DNA from: Diplonema japonicum
Taxonomy: Eukaryota; Protista; Euglenozoa: Diplonemea
Assembly (NCBI GenBank): GCA_964019335.1
Contig: OZ025662.1
Coordinates: 620,001 to 684,000 of the forward strand
Direction: 5' to 3'
Length of the DNA stretch: 64,000 nt
In this document: positions 13,101 through 24,783 of the stretch, in pieces
Layout of the letters: every line of letters begins with the position of its first letter
How positions within the stretch are numbered: the first letter of the stretch is position 1
Position numbers and translations under genes: made by a program
Notes under the pieces: model-generated
What the model was told of the DNA's origin: nothing
The model's database searches: none
What the model saw: only the letters and a program-made list of their open reading frames with translations

Positions 13101-14900
13101 ATGAAAAAGGGTACCGTGAAGTGGGAGCTTCCCGATGCCGAGGTGAAGTACAGTGTAGAAGGCGATCTAGCAGGGGCCAGCGGGTTGAGGGAAAACTGCG
13201 TGGTAGTTCTTACCGAAGAAAAGATAATGCTGTGCGATAGAACAAACAAGGAAGTGTTGGAAAAGATGGAGATGGAAGAAATCGTGGGCGTTGACACCTA
13301 CTCGAAGCAAAACTGCGCCATACTCGAGGGCTACGACAAGTACCTGTGCTTCAGGACAAGGTATCCCGCTGGGTTTGAAGGGCTGCTCGAGGTTTTTTCA
13401 GAATGTTACCAGAAGTTTGCTGTGAGAAAACACGACAGCATCACATACCATGCAATTCGCAAGAAGATCGGGTCCAATGCGTACCACGCTTTGCACCACA
13501 TTGCCCCTCCTGCTGCGCATCTCCCTCCACAGAGGCCTGAGCCGCCCGCAGGCTTCATTTACTCTGACTGCAAGGTGACATCCTGCCACGACACCCCTTC
13601 CCCTCATAGCAGTTTGGAGACAGCAGCCATCGATGCCGGGCTCCGCCTCGTGACCATCTCAGGGAAGGGCCGCTCATTAGTTGCCGATGAGCATATACCG
13701 CAAGGGACTGTCATCTGGAGAGAGGCGCCCCTTGTCGTGTGGCAGGCTGGTTCCGAGATGGAGGCAGCCAAGGAGATCTTCTTAGACCCCCCCGTCGCGG
13801 AGCTTGTCGGGATTCTCCAGACACACACCACACAGCCTATAGTGGTCCCCAACCCACCCAACCCGGACATCCAGCCACCCCCGCAATGGTTCAAATGGTG
13901 GTCTGAAGTGCTGCAGATCAACGCGTGGGGCTTCACTGCCTTCGAAGAGGAGCACCGTGCGCTCTTCCTCCTCGGCTCCTTTCTGAACCATTCGTGTGAG
14001 CCGAACGTGCGGTACGACACAAAGGACGGGCGTGAGGAGGCTGGCTTCGTGGCCCTCCGCGACATCCACCCCGCAGAGGAGCTGGTTGTGTCATACTCGC
14101 ACCACTTAAGCACCGCCATGCGCTACGAGGAAATGAAGCATGATAGGCGGTTCACATGCAAATGCCCCCGGTGCGCTGACACTGATTGGGCAAGGGGCCG
14201 CCGTTGCACCGACTGCCCGCATGGCGTCACGTACCCCACAGGCACAGAAGACGAGGCGTGGAAATGTACGGCGTGCAGGTCACTGACTGCACCTGACAAG
14301 GGGGACGAGAAGTGGATCACGCTCCTTGTTGAGACGCACATAGATCTGGAGGACATCCCAGAATCCCATCTCGTCGCAGATGTGCTCTTCGCCATACAGG
14401 TGTTGGGCCCCAAGCACTGGACGGTCATGGCGCTCAGTGAGCATCTCCTTGCCATCCCCGAGAGAGGAACCATCCCTTCCACAGGATACACCTACCTAGC
14501 CCGCATCGTCCTGAACTGGGCCCTTCAAGTGTACCCTTCCTTGCTGCTCACCAGACCCAACGTCACGCAGGCCTTGTCGAACGGCATCGCAAAATTGCAG
14601 GCTTCCGACTCGTCCACCTTCGTCATCATATCGATTGCAAAGCACTTGTATCCAGTCCTGAAGACCTTCAAAGGTGAGAAGGACAATGACACGATGGGTA
14701 TGAAAGCGGTTTCGGAGTTATACCCCACCGCCTCTGACGAGCTGCTTGGCTTTGCTTGGGAATCATGCATGGGGACTGCTGAGGATGGATCCATGAAAGC
14801 CCTCACAGGGGAGTCAGACGAAGTACGAGAAGCTGTTTTGAAGAGAATAGAGCTTCTCCATAGCAGCATGAAGGAACGTGTAGATGCTTATGAAATGTGA
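13101..14900 (+). CDS. SET-domain lysine methyltransferase, SMYD-like
   Basis: GKGRSLVA..I..GTVIWREAP, FLNHSCEPN, ELVVSY and post-SET FTCKCPRC. Confidence 0.88.
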   Translation: MKKGTVKWELPDAEVKYSVEGDLAGASGLRENCVVVLTEEKIMLCDRTNKEVLEKMEMEEIVGVDTYSKQNCAILEGYDKYLCFRTRYPAGFEGLLEVFSECYQKFAVRKHDSITYHAIRKKIGSNAYHALHHIAPPAAHLPPQRPEPPAGFIYSDCKVTSCHDTPSPHSSLETAAIDAGLRLVTISGKGRSLVADEHIPQGTVIWREAPLVVWQAGSEMEAAKEIFLDPPVAELVGILQTHTTQPIVVPNPPNPDIQPPPQWFKWWSEVLQINAWGFTAFEEEHRALFLLGSFLNHSCEPNVRYDTKDGREEAGFVALRDIHPAEELVVSYSHHLSTAMRYEEMKHDRRFTCKCPRCADTDWARGRRCTDCPHGVTYPTGTEDEAWKCTACRSLTAPDKGDEKWITLLVETHIDLEDIPESHLVADVLFAIQVLGPKHWTVMALSEHLLAIPERGTIPSTGYTYLARIVLNWALQVYPSLLLTRPNVTQALSNGIAKLQASDSSTFVIISIAKHLYPVLKTFKGEKDNDTMGMKAVSELYPTASDELLGFAWESCMGTAEDGSMKALTGESDEVREAVLKRIELLHSSMKERVDAYEM

Positions 14901-15013
14901 GCAGCTTGACCGTTGCTTGGGCTCCGAAGAGCCTGCATCTTTTAAGTGTTTCATCCCTTGACTTCTTTCATTCACGCACGTCACCAAGCTCCAGGTCTGA
15001 ACATGGCCGAGAC

Positions 15014-16378
15014 ATGGAAAGATCGTCCGTCAAGTACTGCAGCGCTGGTTGCGATGCAGGGAGGCTGGGGCTAGGCGGTGTGTGGAGGAGCAACGAACAG
15101 TTCTTCACCAACACAGAATCATTTTTACGGAAGAAGAGGCCCCCTAAACATGTCGTTAGGAAAACGCGGGTTGAGAAGCTCATAGGGCGCCTGGCAGCAA
15201 TAAAGGAGCACCTGGAGTTCTACGAAAGGGATATCGTCAGAAATCACACCACCGACTTCGTGTCGATCAAGCGGTGCATGTTTAAGTACTGTGTGCGTCT
15301 CGCCCTTGCAGCACGACGTCTTAACGCCCTGCAGGATATAGAGAAGCGCCTGATGGACATGTCGTTCCAAAACTGCGACGCAGATCTGCTCGACAACGTC
15401 AAGAAAGACACGCAGTGCATCAAACACGCGATCAGGATCTGGATCATGCAGGGACACCGGATACGGTTCGCCATGAAGAGGCTGCGCACACGGCGACAGG
15501 AGCTCCTGAACGACCTGGAGCTGCTTGAGAGCAGAGGGGAACAGCGGGCCAAGAAACCACTAGAAGCACAAGATCTTGACGTGCAAGTCGGCGATGCAGT
15601 GTTGGTGACTGACGACCCTGCAATCTTCAAGAAGGCATGCATCTCTTCCCCTTTAGGGAAGGGCCCGTCCAGTGTTGTGCAAGATGCCATGCAGTGCCTA
15701 GGCATGCAGGCAGTCGTGAAAGGAATCATCACCGCTGACAAGATGCTGCACCTACAGTTCGCAACGCAGTCTGCCCTGACCCTCAGATGGTTGCCAGCGG
15801 ACGCTGTCGTATCTAACCATGATGAACCCGAGGTAGTAGCTGAGCTCACACCGCCTCCCGAGTGCCTAAAAGACATCGTACTGGGCCGGGCCGTAGGGAC
15901 AGACGTTAAGTACCAGAAGGCAAAGAGAGGTCCAGTGCGGATGAAGGACCCTCTGGAGAACGGGTACGTGGGAGGTGTTGTGACGGCAGGTGATGAGAAG
16001 GCGCTGCAGATGTTTTGCGATGCGAACCTCAACCCGTTCTTCTTTGACGCAGTGACGCGGGGGGGCTTTGCAATCAGGTCCCCAGGCAGGTGCAAGGCGA
16101 TGATGCCGGAAACCGATGACCAGGACGAGCTTCTCAAACAGCTGCAAGCAACGTCCTTTGCACAGCAGGTGACGATGCATCTAGTTCGGCCACCAGACAG
16201 TGGCGCAAAGCCCAAGCCGCCCGCGGTAATGAGCCCGTCGCCCCCTCCCGTCAACACCCATGGCATGCACGCCAAGCGGCCCCGCAGGATATGTGCCACA
16301 CCCTTCCTCTCGACTTTCATGCAGCACACAGTGTGTTCTGTACGAAGGCACAAGAACTTTAGAGTTCATGTACACTGA
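15014..16378 (+). CDS. Hypothetical protein
   Basis: Long ORF with coding-like composition; first ATG at 15014; no family recognised. Confidence 0.7.
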   Translation: MERSSVKYCSAGCDAGRLGLGGVWRSNEQFFTNTESFLRKKRPPKHVVRKTRVEKLIGRLAAIKEHLEFYERDIVRNHTTDFVSIKRCMFKYCVRLALAARRLNALQDIEKRLMDMSFQNCDADLLDNVKKDTQCIKHAIRIWIMQGHRIRFAMKRLRTRRQELLNDLELLESRGEQRAKKPLEAQDLDVQVGDAVLVTDDPAIFKKACISSPLGKGPSSVVQDAMQCLGMQAVVKGIITADKMLHLQFATQSALTLRWLPADAVVSNHDEPEVVAELTPPPECLKDIVLGRAVGTDVKYQKAKRGPVRMKDPLENGYVGGVVTAGDEKALQMFCDANLNPFFFDAVTRGGFAIRSPGRCKAMMPETDDQDELLKQLQATSFAQQVTMHLVRPPDSGAKPKPPAVMSPSPPPVNTHGMHAKRPRRICATPFLSTFMQHTVCSVRRHKNFRVHVH

Positions 16379-16631
16379 ACGCAACCTTCTGTTTTTCTTC
16401 TTTTTTTATTACGTAATCCTGCTTACGCTTGGATGATTCATTTACAAGAGGGCAAGAAAATAGGGGGGGGGGGGGGCTTCATTTTTTATTCCGCCTTTTT
16501 TTATTCCCCGCTGGCTTTTCCTTTTCTCTACATCTCTATATTTTTTTCTTTTTTGCCTGTGCGAAAAGCCTCACCGCGACCTTCGCAGCAAAAGAAAAGA
16601 AAAAAAAGAAAGAACCGCGACACATCATCAG

Positions 16632-17895
16632 ATGGGGTCTAAGCGTTCCGCAAGCACCTCACCAAGGTATGCAACTACTGTGAGCATTCACCATACATCC
16701 GCCTGCAGGGGAGCGAAGCGTCAAAAGAGGGAAGCCGACCTGTCCCCGCAACCCATCACTATCCCGACATCGTCACCGCGGAAGGAGGAAGGCTTGAAGG
16801 TACCGAGGAGGAACGTAGAGTACGTGAAGACACCCGTGTCCGATGGTCAGGACGGATATTTTTTCATGGCCCCCGAGGAGGTATAAAAAAAAGTTTTTTT
16901 TTTTACAAAAAAGAAAAAAAATTCAGTACACCAATTTCACCTATTTAGCAAAGGGTGCTTTCGGGGTAGTTGTGACTGCCGATCATAACGACGAAAGGGT
17001 GGTGATTAAGAAGGTACACTGCAAGTCGTTGGTGTACGCGGAGAGCGCGTTGAGGGAGCTACACAATTTATCGTATTTCACAATGCGAAGGAGCAACGGG
17101 ATCGTCCGGCTGAGGGACTGCTGGCTGTGCGAAGACGAGTACCTGTACATGGTGCTGGAAAAGTTCGACAAGAGCCTCGACAACACCGTGGGAAAGGAGA
17201 AAAGGTTGAAAGCCGCACAGTGGAGACGCGTGGCGGGAATGCTCGTTGCCGCACTGAACAACATACACACCACCGGCGCAATGCATCGTGACTTAAAACC
17301 CGACAATGTTGTAATCAGCGAAGATTGCTCAAGACTAGCTCTAATCGACCTTGGCACCGTCCGGGCAAACGAGCATAAAAGACAGCGACGCCCCCTCACA
17401 CCTGTAAACGAGGTCACCACAGAAGGCTACCGAGCTCCAGAAACAGTAAAATCAGGGAAATATTGCGAGCAAATAGATATGTTCTCTGCAGGGTGTCTCC
17501 TTGCCCAGATCAAGTTAGGGTACGAATTGTTCCCTTCCGACTCCGACCTTGTAGAGTACCGTGGTATGTCTGACGAAGCCGCGCACCGTTTTCTCAAGAG
17601 AAAGATGAAAAATTTTTCAAAGGCTGATGTCTCCTTTCTCATGTCGTTGCTTGAGCGAAACCCCACCGAGCGAGCTACCTCTGCTGATCTCATTCGAAAG
17701 ATAATGACGCCTGAAGACGAGCAGCTCCTTCACAGAAATGCCTCTGACTCCGACGCTTCGGATACAGAATCTGTAACTACCATTCCCACACCCCCTCTAT
17801 ATGGAGAGCCCGAGTACTGCGAAAACTCTTTCGACAACATGCTGCTCCGCATTAAACGCCTCGTTGAGAATTTCAAGGATGCCAAAGGGATTTAA
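16632..17895 (+). CDS. Ser/Thr protein kinase, CMGC/MAPK-like; intron 16881-16926
   Basis: GAFGVV, VVIKK, HRDLKPDN, DLG, YRAPE and DMFSAGC; a 46-nt GTATA..CAG intron joins the 16632 and 16843 ORFs. Confidence 0.9.
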
Positions 17896-18032
17896 TTGTG
17901 GGGAATATAAATAGCATCTCATCTTCTGTTTTTTTTCTTTTTTTTTTTCTTCTTCTTCTCCTGAAAGATTACTTTCTTAGTACACTCCCCCCCTTTATAG
18001 GCCATACTTTTTTTTTTATTATCTATTTGTTT

Positions 18033-18063
<31 letters not shown>

Positions 18064-18356
18064 CCCTTTGTGTTTGTTGTTTTCACCCCTTGTTTGTGGG
18101 TTCTATTTAGATTTTCCTCTTCCCTCCTTTTTTTTTTTTTTTTTTTGTCAAAAAAAAGAGGAAAAAAATGAGGGGGAAGAAAGAAACATAGAGAGTTTTT
18201 TCCATTTTTTTTTTTCAGGGCGGGGAGAGAACAGCCAGAAGTTTTTAGGACATACAGGAATGGCAAAAAGCGTTTCTGTATTGCAAATAATCTCTTTGTT
18301 TATTAGGAGGTTTGCAAAACCTTTTCAACACAAAACAAAAGAATGACATGCTCGAT

Positions 18357-18389
<33 letters not shown>

Positions 18390-18391
18390 CA

Positions 18392-18430
18392 CAGTGAGCA
18401 CCCCCATGCACACTGAAATTTTATCGAGTT
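18392..18430 (+). repeat. Dispersed repeat T1 copy
   Basis: CAGTGAGCACCCCCATGCACACTGAAATTTTATCGAG, similar to 8350-8390. Confidence 0.7.
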
Positions 18431-19213
18431 TTTTTTTTTTTTTGGCTCCTCTTACCCATGCTCTCTTCCCCCTCGCTTATTTTGAAAAAAAAAAAAAAGA
18501 GTCATTACACACGATCTATCAGTAAGTTTTTTTTTTTCTTCATTTTTTTTTTCTTTTTTTATGATCAAAAGAAAAAGACGATACTGTGGAAAAAGATGAA
18601 AAAGGTGCCTGGCTGTTAAGTCAAGGATTATCTTGATGGCCACTGGAGGAGCTTTTTGGGCGTCTCGAATGTCAGTCCGATCGGTCATATTTTTTTTTTT
18701 TTTCGCTTTTTGCGTAGTAATCTCTTTTATATAGGGTAAGTATATGTAGCCGTTACATTAAAAGGAACAACGGAAGCAAGAAAAAGAAATTTTCATCTCT
18801 AACCTTTTTTTTTTTTTTTTTTTTGTCTTTACTGTTTTATCACACTATTCTTTTCTTCTTCTTTTTTTTTTTTTTTACTATTCTTCTTATTTCTCTCCTT
18901 TTTTTTTTTCTCTGAGCGCAAGGGGTAGTAAAAGAAGAAGAATTAACAAGATTGCTTCACTTCATTATTGATTCCCGAACAACCACAAGGGAGAAACGTG
19001 GACCCGACATCTCAGCACAAAAAGTAGACTTCCAGTACAAGGAGATGATACACACAAGAAGGGAAGGGACCACCAACCTACACAAGGGAAGACGCACGCA
19101 GAAGGTAAATGGCTACGGCAGGAGCGAGGTTAGTTTTCTTTTTAAAAAGTTTCTTTTGGATTATTTCTCCCCCATGCCCATCCTTTGTTTGTTCCTCTTT
19201 CTTTTTTTTTTTT

Positions 19214-19263
19214 AAGTAGAGACAAGGACCTTCCAAAACAGGAACCTCCTTTATCTCATCTCT
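19214..19263 (+). repeat. Dispersed repeat family T2 (retroelement 3' tail ending CCTCCTTTATCTCATCTCT); also at about 61315-61364 and 62433-62485
   Basis: Near-identical ~50-bp sequence at three sites; the 61 kb copy ends a TSD-flanked insertion. Confidence 0.8.
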
Positions 19264-19410
19264 TTCCCCCCCCCGTTTTTTTTTCATCCCCCTGGTGTGG
19301 CCTATGTTTATTGGCTTTGTCATTCGCATTTTTTTTTGGCACCATTCCAACAAAAATAAAACCAAAAGAAAAACAGCTCACTTTCCCATGGGCTCTCTTT
19401 GGCTCTTAAG

Positions 19411-21039
19411 ATGATCCTCCTGTCTGTCCACAGGCCAGAAGGAGGAGTGGTTTTGTGGAATGTTAGTGAAAAACTGGCGCTGAGCGACAATGGGCAGAAG
19501 GAACAGTTAATGGCTAAACTGGGCAGTGGGCAGTATGGCATATACGTGAAAACAAAAAGCAATGGAATAGAAAGCCTTGTATGGGACAGCACGGCTGTGG
19601 AGCAAGGCATCACGGGGGATACCTATGTGTACGCGGTAGACGAGAAGGGAGAGGAAGAGGAAGAGGAGGAAGACTTTCTTTCGATGCATAGTTCCACGGA
19701 CTCCCCCGGGTCCCCTGCCTCTCCTGTGTGCTGCATGGAGACCCGCCTCCCCTTTGTGGCACCCCCCCCTGACCTCGCCCCGCGTTTCAATGATCACGAC
19801 TATGTTTACATTTCCAACGTCGAGAAGGTAGCCCGGCCTGTCCCCAAACGTCGTGTGCTTGTCATGAAGCCACGCCGCCTGCTCCTCTGCTGCCTTGACG
19901 GCGAGATCCGGCGCTTCGTCTCCGTCCTCTCCATCCGGGAGGTCTTCCAGTCCAAGCCTGAGACCTCATTCTTCCGGAAGGAAGAGCACGTCGACGTCCT
20001 GCTGTGCATGCCCGAGGACCCCCCCGACATCCACCTGCGCTTCCACAACCGTGGGGATCAAGCCTTCAAGCGGACCTTCGAAGCTGTCATGGCCGCCAAC
20101 AACGCCACCTTCACCTGGGAGGTTAAGCCAGAGGGCGTCGCGTCCTACGGCACCCTGTCGCGCAAGTCCTCGCAATCCTTCTTCACACGAAGCTCGTCTG
20201 TGTTTTCTTCGACTCCCGCCAAGCGGGACAGGTGCCAGACCCTCCCACCGCAAGCAACGGTGACGCCTGTAACCCGTGATGGCGTGAGGCACGTGGCATG
20301 CACCATGTCACCAGAGGTAGAAGTCCCGCTGCTGCTGTCACCACCTTCGAAGCATGAAGAGGAAGTAGCCAACTTAAGAAAGGAGATTGAAGAGCTCAAA
20401 GAGCTGCAGAAGGAGGCAACACCGAAGGTGGATGCAAGTACGTCGTGTGCACAGGAAATGACGACCTCGTGGACACAGGTGGACAACACCACCTCGAGCA
20501 CACAGGTGGACTTGTACGAGTTGGCAATGCAGCCAGAGCCGCTTCGTGCGCTGTTGCCCAAGCTGCCAGAGCTTATAGACGCCTCGACGCAGGCGATTGC
20601 TATTGACAAGGAGCTCGAGCGTGTACGCGAGGAACTGGACGTGACCCAACACGAGCTGGAGGAGATGGAGGCGGAGCTCTCATTAGCGAAGGACCAGTAC
20701 TACCGCATCAGGCAGACCACAGACAGCTCCACGCGCGAGTGCATGGAGAGGGAAGCTGCATCACGCAGACGGCACGATGCTGAAATTAGGTATGCAAAAA
20801 AAGATTATTTTCTGTCTTAATGTCATGCACACAGACACATCAAAGAGGCCCACGAAAGCGTCCTCGCCCAGCAGAACACTGCGCTGGGGAACTACGAAGC
20901 TGCCATTGTGCACAAAGATAGAATGATCGAGGCCCTGCAGAGAGAGGTGGGCGAACTGAAAAAAGGGAAGACCGGTGGGGCCAGTGCGGGTGTGGTAGAG
21001 CCTGCCCGCGGGAATGCCAACTGGGTGTTCGACCTCTGA
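19411..21039 (+). CDS. Hypothetical protein with a PH-like domain and C-terminal coiled coil; intron 20790-20834
   Basis: Long ORF; KRRVLVM..LLLCCLDGEIRRFV resembles a PH-like fold; the spliced C-terminal exon ends WVFDL*. Confidence 0.7.
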
Positions 21040-21224
21040 AGCCTAGCTTAGATAGATCTTTATTAGACTGCACGACGTTGCAACACGAGATTGAACCTTT
21101 CCCGTCAGGTAGACTCTGTAGTGCTCAGTCCGTCTTAATTGCGGTGCTTCTTTGCTAGCCGTCAGTTTTCTTTGTCTTATTAATAGTACCACAGGCTTCC
21201 CCGATATTTTTTTTAAAAAGTAAA

Positions 21225-21566
21225 ATGGCCGACGCCCTTTTCGCGAAGATGTCCGCAGCCCTCGGGACCCCTGCTGGTCAGGCTGCGGCGAAGAAGATCA
21301 ACGAGGTGATCACGTACGAGTTCCCCGACACCGGTGTGTCGTACGTGATGGACCTGAAGGCGGGGAAGGCGTACAAGGGGAAGCACGACGACCCCGCGTG
21401 CACCTTCAAGATGGACGAGAAGGTGTTCATTGAGCTTTCGGGGGGCAAGGCGGACCCCATGGGCCTCTTCATGGAGGGGAAGATCGAGCTCGACGGGGAC
21501 ACCGACATCGCCATGAAGATCGGCAAGGTCCTCAAGACCCTCGAGAAGGAGATCGCCTCTGCGTAG
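21225..21566 (+). CDS. SCP2 sterol-binding domain protein, copy 1
   Basis: PACTFKMDEKVFIELSGGKADPMGLFMEGKIELDGD fits the SCP2 pattern. Confidence 0.9.
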   Translation: MADALFAKMSAALGTPAGQAAAKKINEVITYEFPDTGVSYVMDLKAGKAYKGKHDDPACTFKMDEKVFIELSGGKADPMGLFMEGKIELDGDTDIAMKIGKVLKTLEKEIASA

Positions 21567-21784
21567 GTAGTTGAGAATTAAAGAGAAAAGAAGCCTTTCG
21601 ACCGTTCCCTTTCCTCCCTTCTTCCTTCTTCCTTCCTCTCTAGATTGCTGTGGGTGACGCCGCAACTTCACGGTTCACCACACTGCACTGCTGGCACCTA
21701 TCGCTCACACAGTGATCTGTGCTTGGGATTTGTTACATTTTTTCTCTTTTGTATCCTGCAGCAAGTTACTTATACAGGAGCAAG

Positions 21785-22909
21785 ATGGATGCTAGGCTAG
21801 CGGCAGGCAGCATCTTAGCGGAGTTGGGGACAAGCGGTGAGCAGCTGAGTGCCAGGAGCGAGGTGCACGCAAGGGAGATGGCGAACCAATTGCTGGGAGC
21901 ATACATCAGTCGGCAAGGGTCGGAAGCCACGGCAAAGACACGGGAGCCAACACCGCACACAGCACTGCAGCCGTCGAGGTCCGCCACTGCACTGTCGCAG
22001 TACAGCAGCATCGTGTCGCGAGCGACAACTTCTGCGATGGCCTCACCTGCGGCCCTTCAGCAGATTCATGTGCACCACCACCACCACCATCACCATCACC
22101 ATCACCATCATCAACAGCAGCAGTTACAGCGAGAACAACAACAGGAGGTGCAGGAACGGTGCATGGAAACCATGGCAACAATGGAGAGGGAGAGCAGCCC
22201 GCGGTACCTGTCCCTGTCGCCGCTGCTGAACGATGCGGAGGCGATGCGAGCAGAGCTGGAGACGTGCAAGGCACCGTCAGGGGTGAGGGTGGTGACGGCT
22301 ACGGACGAGGAGGTGGTACGGGAGCTGCTGTCGAGCAGGAGTGTCGCTGAGCACTTGAAGCACAAGATACACGAACAGCAGTACGAGATACGAACCTTGC
22401 GGGACAAGGTGACCCTGTTCACGGAGGCAACGGAGCGAGACGGGCAGGACGCACTAGCGATCGTGCTGGGGCAGCTGGCGGAGGCGGAGAGTATGATCGC
22501 AACGCTGCGTGCGAACATCGACGACAAGGAGCAGGTCATCAGCGGGTTGCGGCACTCGATCGAAGGGGTGCAGCACGACAGCGAGATCCTCCACCTGGAG
22601 GAGTCGCTGCGGGAGCTGCAGCGCAAGAACGACGTGCTGGCGGCGGAGAACAAGGTTCTTGCAGAGCGGGAGAAGCACTCCGCGTTGGGGGTCGTGTCGC
22701 AGAGGCACTGCAACCAGTTGAAGCAGAAGAACGTGCAGCTGACGAACGAGAACCAGGAGAGGACGAAGAACCTAAAGGACCTGGAGACAATCCTGCGGCT
22801 TCACCTGAACCTGCGAACCTCCTCCACGGAAACGCAGATGCTGCAATGCATGTCGGGCGGCGGCATCACCACCAGCAACGTGATCCCCGCCTCCGAGCGC
22901 ATGATGTGA
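21785..22909 (+). CDS. Coiled-coil protein with a poly-His/Gln tract
   Basis: ATG 21785; H12Q4 tract; heptad-rich C-terminal half. Confidence 0.75.
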   Translation: MDARLAAGSILAELGTSGEQLSARSEVHAREMANQLLGAYISRQGSEATAKTREPTPHTALQPSRSATALSQYSSIVSRATTSAMASPAALQQIHVHHHHHHHHHHHHHQQQQLQREQQQEVQERCMETMATMERESSPRYLSLSPLLNDAEAMRAELETCKAPSGVRVVTATDEEVVRELLSSRSVAEHLKHKIHEQQYEIRTLRDKVTLFTEATERDGQDALAIVLGQLAEAESMIATLRANIDDKEQVISGLRHSIEGVQHDSEILHLEESLRELQRKNDVLAAENKVLAEREKHSALGVVSQRHCNQLKQKNVQLTNENQERTKNLKDLETILRLHLNLRTSSTETQMLQCMSGGGITTSNVIPASERMM

Positions 22910-23062
22910 GCTGGGGAGGAGAGAGGAGGGAGGGGGTGTGAGTTGAGGAGAGAATGGAGGTTGTTGTACTTGTAGACTAAATATACTATTCTGTTGTACT
23001 GTCTTTCGTATTATTCTTGATGCCATCCTTCACACCACAGCACGACACACACATTTACTAAA

Positions 23063-23404
23063 ATGGCCGACGCCCTTTTCGCGAAGATGTCCGCAGCCCT
23101 CGGGACCCCTGCTGGTCAGGCTGCGGCGAAGAAGATCAACGAGGTGATCACGTACGAGTTCCCCGACACCGGTGTGTCGTACGTGATGGACCTGAAGGCG
23201 GGGAAGGCGTACAAGGGGAAGCACGACGACCCCGCGTGCACCTTCAAGATGGACGAGAAGGTGTTCATTGAGCTTTCGGGGGGCAAGGCGGACCCCATGG
23301 GCCTCTTCATGGAGGGGAAGATCGAGCTCGACGGGGACACCGACATCGCCATGAAGATCGGCAAGGTCCTCAAGACCCTCGAGAAGGAGATCGCCTCTGC
23401 GTAG
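23063..23404 (+). CDS. SCP2 sterol-binding domain protein, copy 2 (identical to copy 1)
   Basis: CDS identical to 21225-21566 by inspection. Confidence 0.9.
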   Translation: MADALFAKMSAALGTPAGQAAAKKINEVITYEFPDTGVSYVMDLKAGKAYKGKHDDPACTFKMDEKVFIELSGGKADPMGLFMEGKIELDGDTDIAMKIGKVLKTLEKEIASA

Positions 23405-23611
23405 GTGAGAATGTTAGGGAGTGTTTGAACTTCTGTATTTTGAGTGCGACCCCCCTCCCCCCCCTCCTCTTCTTTTTTAAATGTTTCTCTTAACCGGCAA
23501 CCATACCGGGTAAGGAAAAAAAAGAAAAGAGCCCGGAGATATTGCGTTTTCTTTTGTGTTCTTATTTTTTTTAATGCAAATTTCTCCTCATCACATGATA
23601 GGGTTGTCAAG

Positions 23612-24389
23612 ATGATGCGTTCAAGTAGGACGCTGCTGATGATGGGGAGGACAAGGGCGCTGAAAATGCACGGGTTTGCGCTGCACCCTGACGACCCGAG
23701 GAACGCAGAGGTGAAGAACTACGTGGGGGACGACCAGACAATGCTGCAAAAAGCTATGCGTATGGGGTTTTCTTTTTGTTTTGTTGTGCTTTATAAAAAA
23801 AACCGCAGCGGAGGGGAGCAAAGCAAAGAACGGGCTGACTTGGGTGATGACCAAGCTGGTTCACTTCAGAGATTTCGCATTCTCTGCCTCGCTGTGGCCC
23901 CTGACCTTTGGGCTTGCTTGCTGTGCAGTAGAGATGATGCACACCATGTGCTCGCGGTACGATTTGGACAGGTTCGGTATTGTCCCCCGTGCTGTGCCGA
24001 AGTATGTCTCCTCTCTTTTCTTCTTTGAGAATTGTTCCCTTTAAAAACAGGCAAGCCGATTTAATTATCGTCAGTGGCACGCTGTGTAACAAAATGGCTC
24101 CCATGTTTCGCGTTTGCTACGATCAGATGCCGTACCCTAAATGGATTGTGTCCATGGTATATTTTTTAAATATTTTTTGGGAGTTTTTTAAAAAAAAAAA
24201 AAATCTTAGGGTTCCTGTGCCAACGGGGGTGGCTACTACCACTACTCCTACTCGGTCGTCAAGGGTTGTGACCAGATTGTCCCAGTTGACGCCTACGTCC
24301 CTGGCTGCCCTCCTGCTGCTGAAGCTCTGCTTTATGGGCTCCTTCTCCTCTCCAGAAAGATTAGAAATGAGGAGATTCGCACGATTTGA
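23612..24389 (+). CDS. NDUFS7: NADH:ubiquinone oxidoreductase PSST/NuoB subunit; introns 23760-23808, 24002-24050, 24157-24209
   Basis: After splicing: [58 protein letters not shown] and YVPGCPP. Confidence 0.95.
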
Positions 24390-24783
24390 GTAGGGAAAAA
24401 AATAATCTTTTTTTTTCTTTTTTGGGACTACCACGATGATTTTTCAGCGGGAACAAGAAAAATGTGTATTTTTTTTTATATGTAAACTAAGGAACGCCAG
24501 TGTTTCATTTTTTTTGTCTCCACTTTTTTCTTTAAAAAAAAGCACCCAGATGATGGGCAGTGTCCCATTGGTGCGTTAAGGTGATATGTTACCCTTTGCT
24601 TTTTATTTCTTATCTGTGTTTTTTTTTGTCTTCCTTTTATTTCTGGTCAAAAGATCCCCCCCCCACCCTATTTTTCTTTTTGTAGTGTTGCGTCGTTCCT
24701 TCTTTTTTTTTTATTACTACCTCAAATTTGTCTCTTTCTTGCCATATTTTGAGCAACCTTCCCAGTTTATAAAAGAAAACAAA

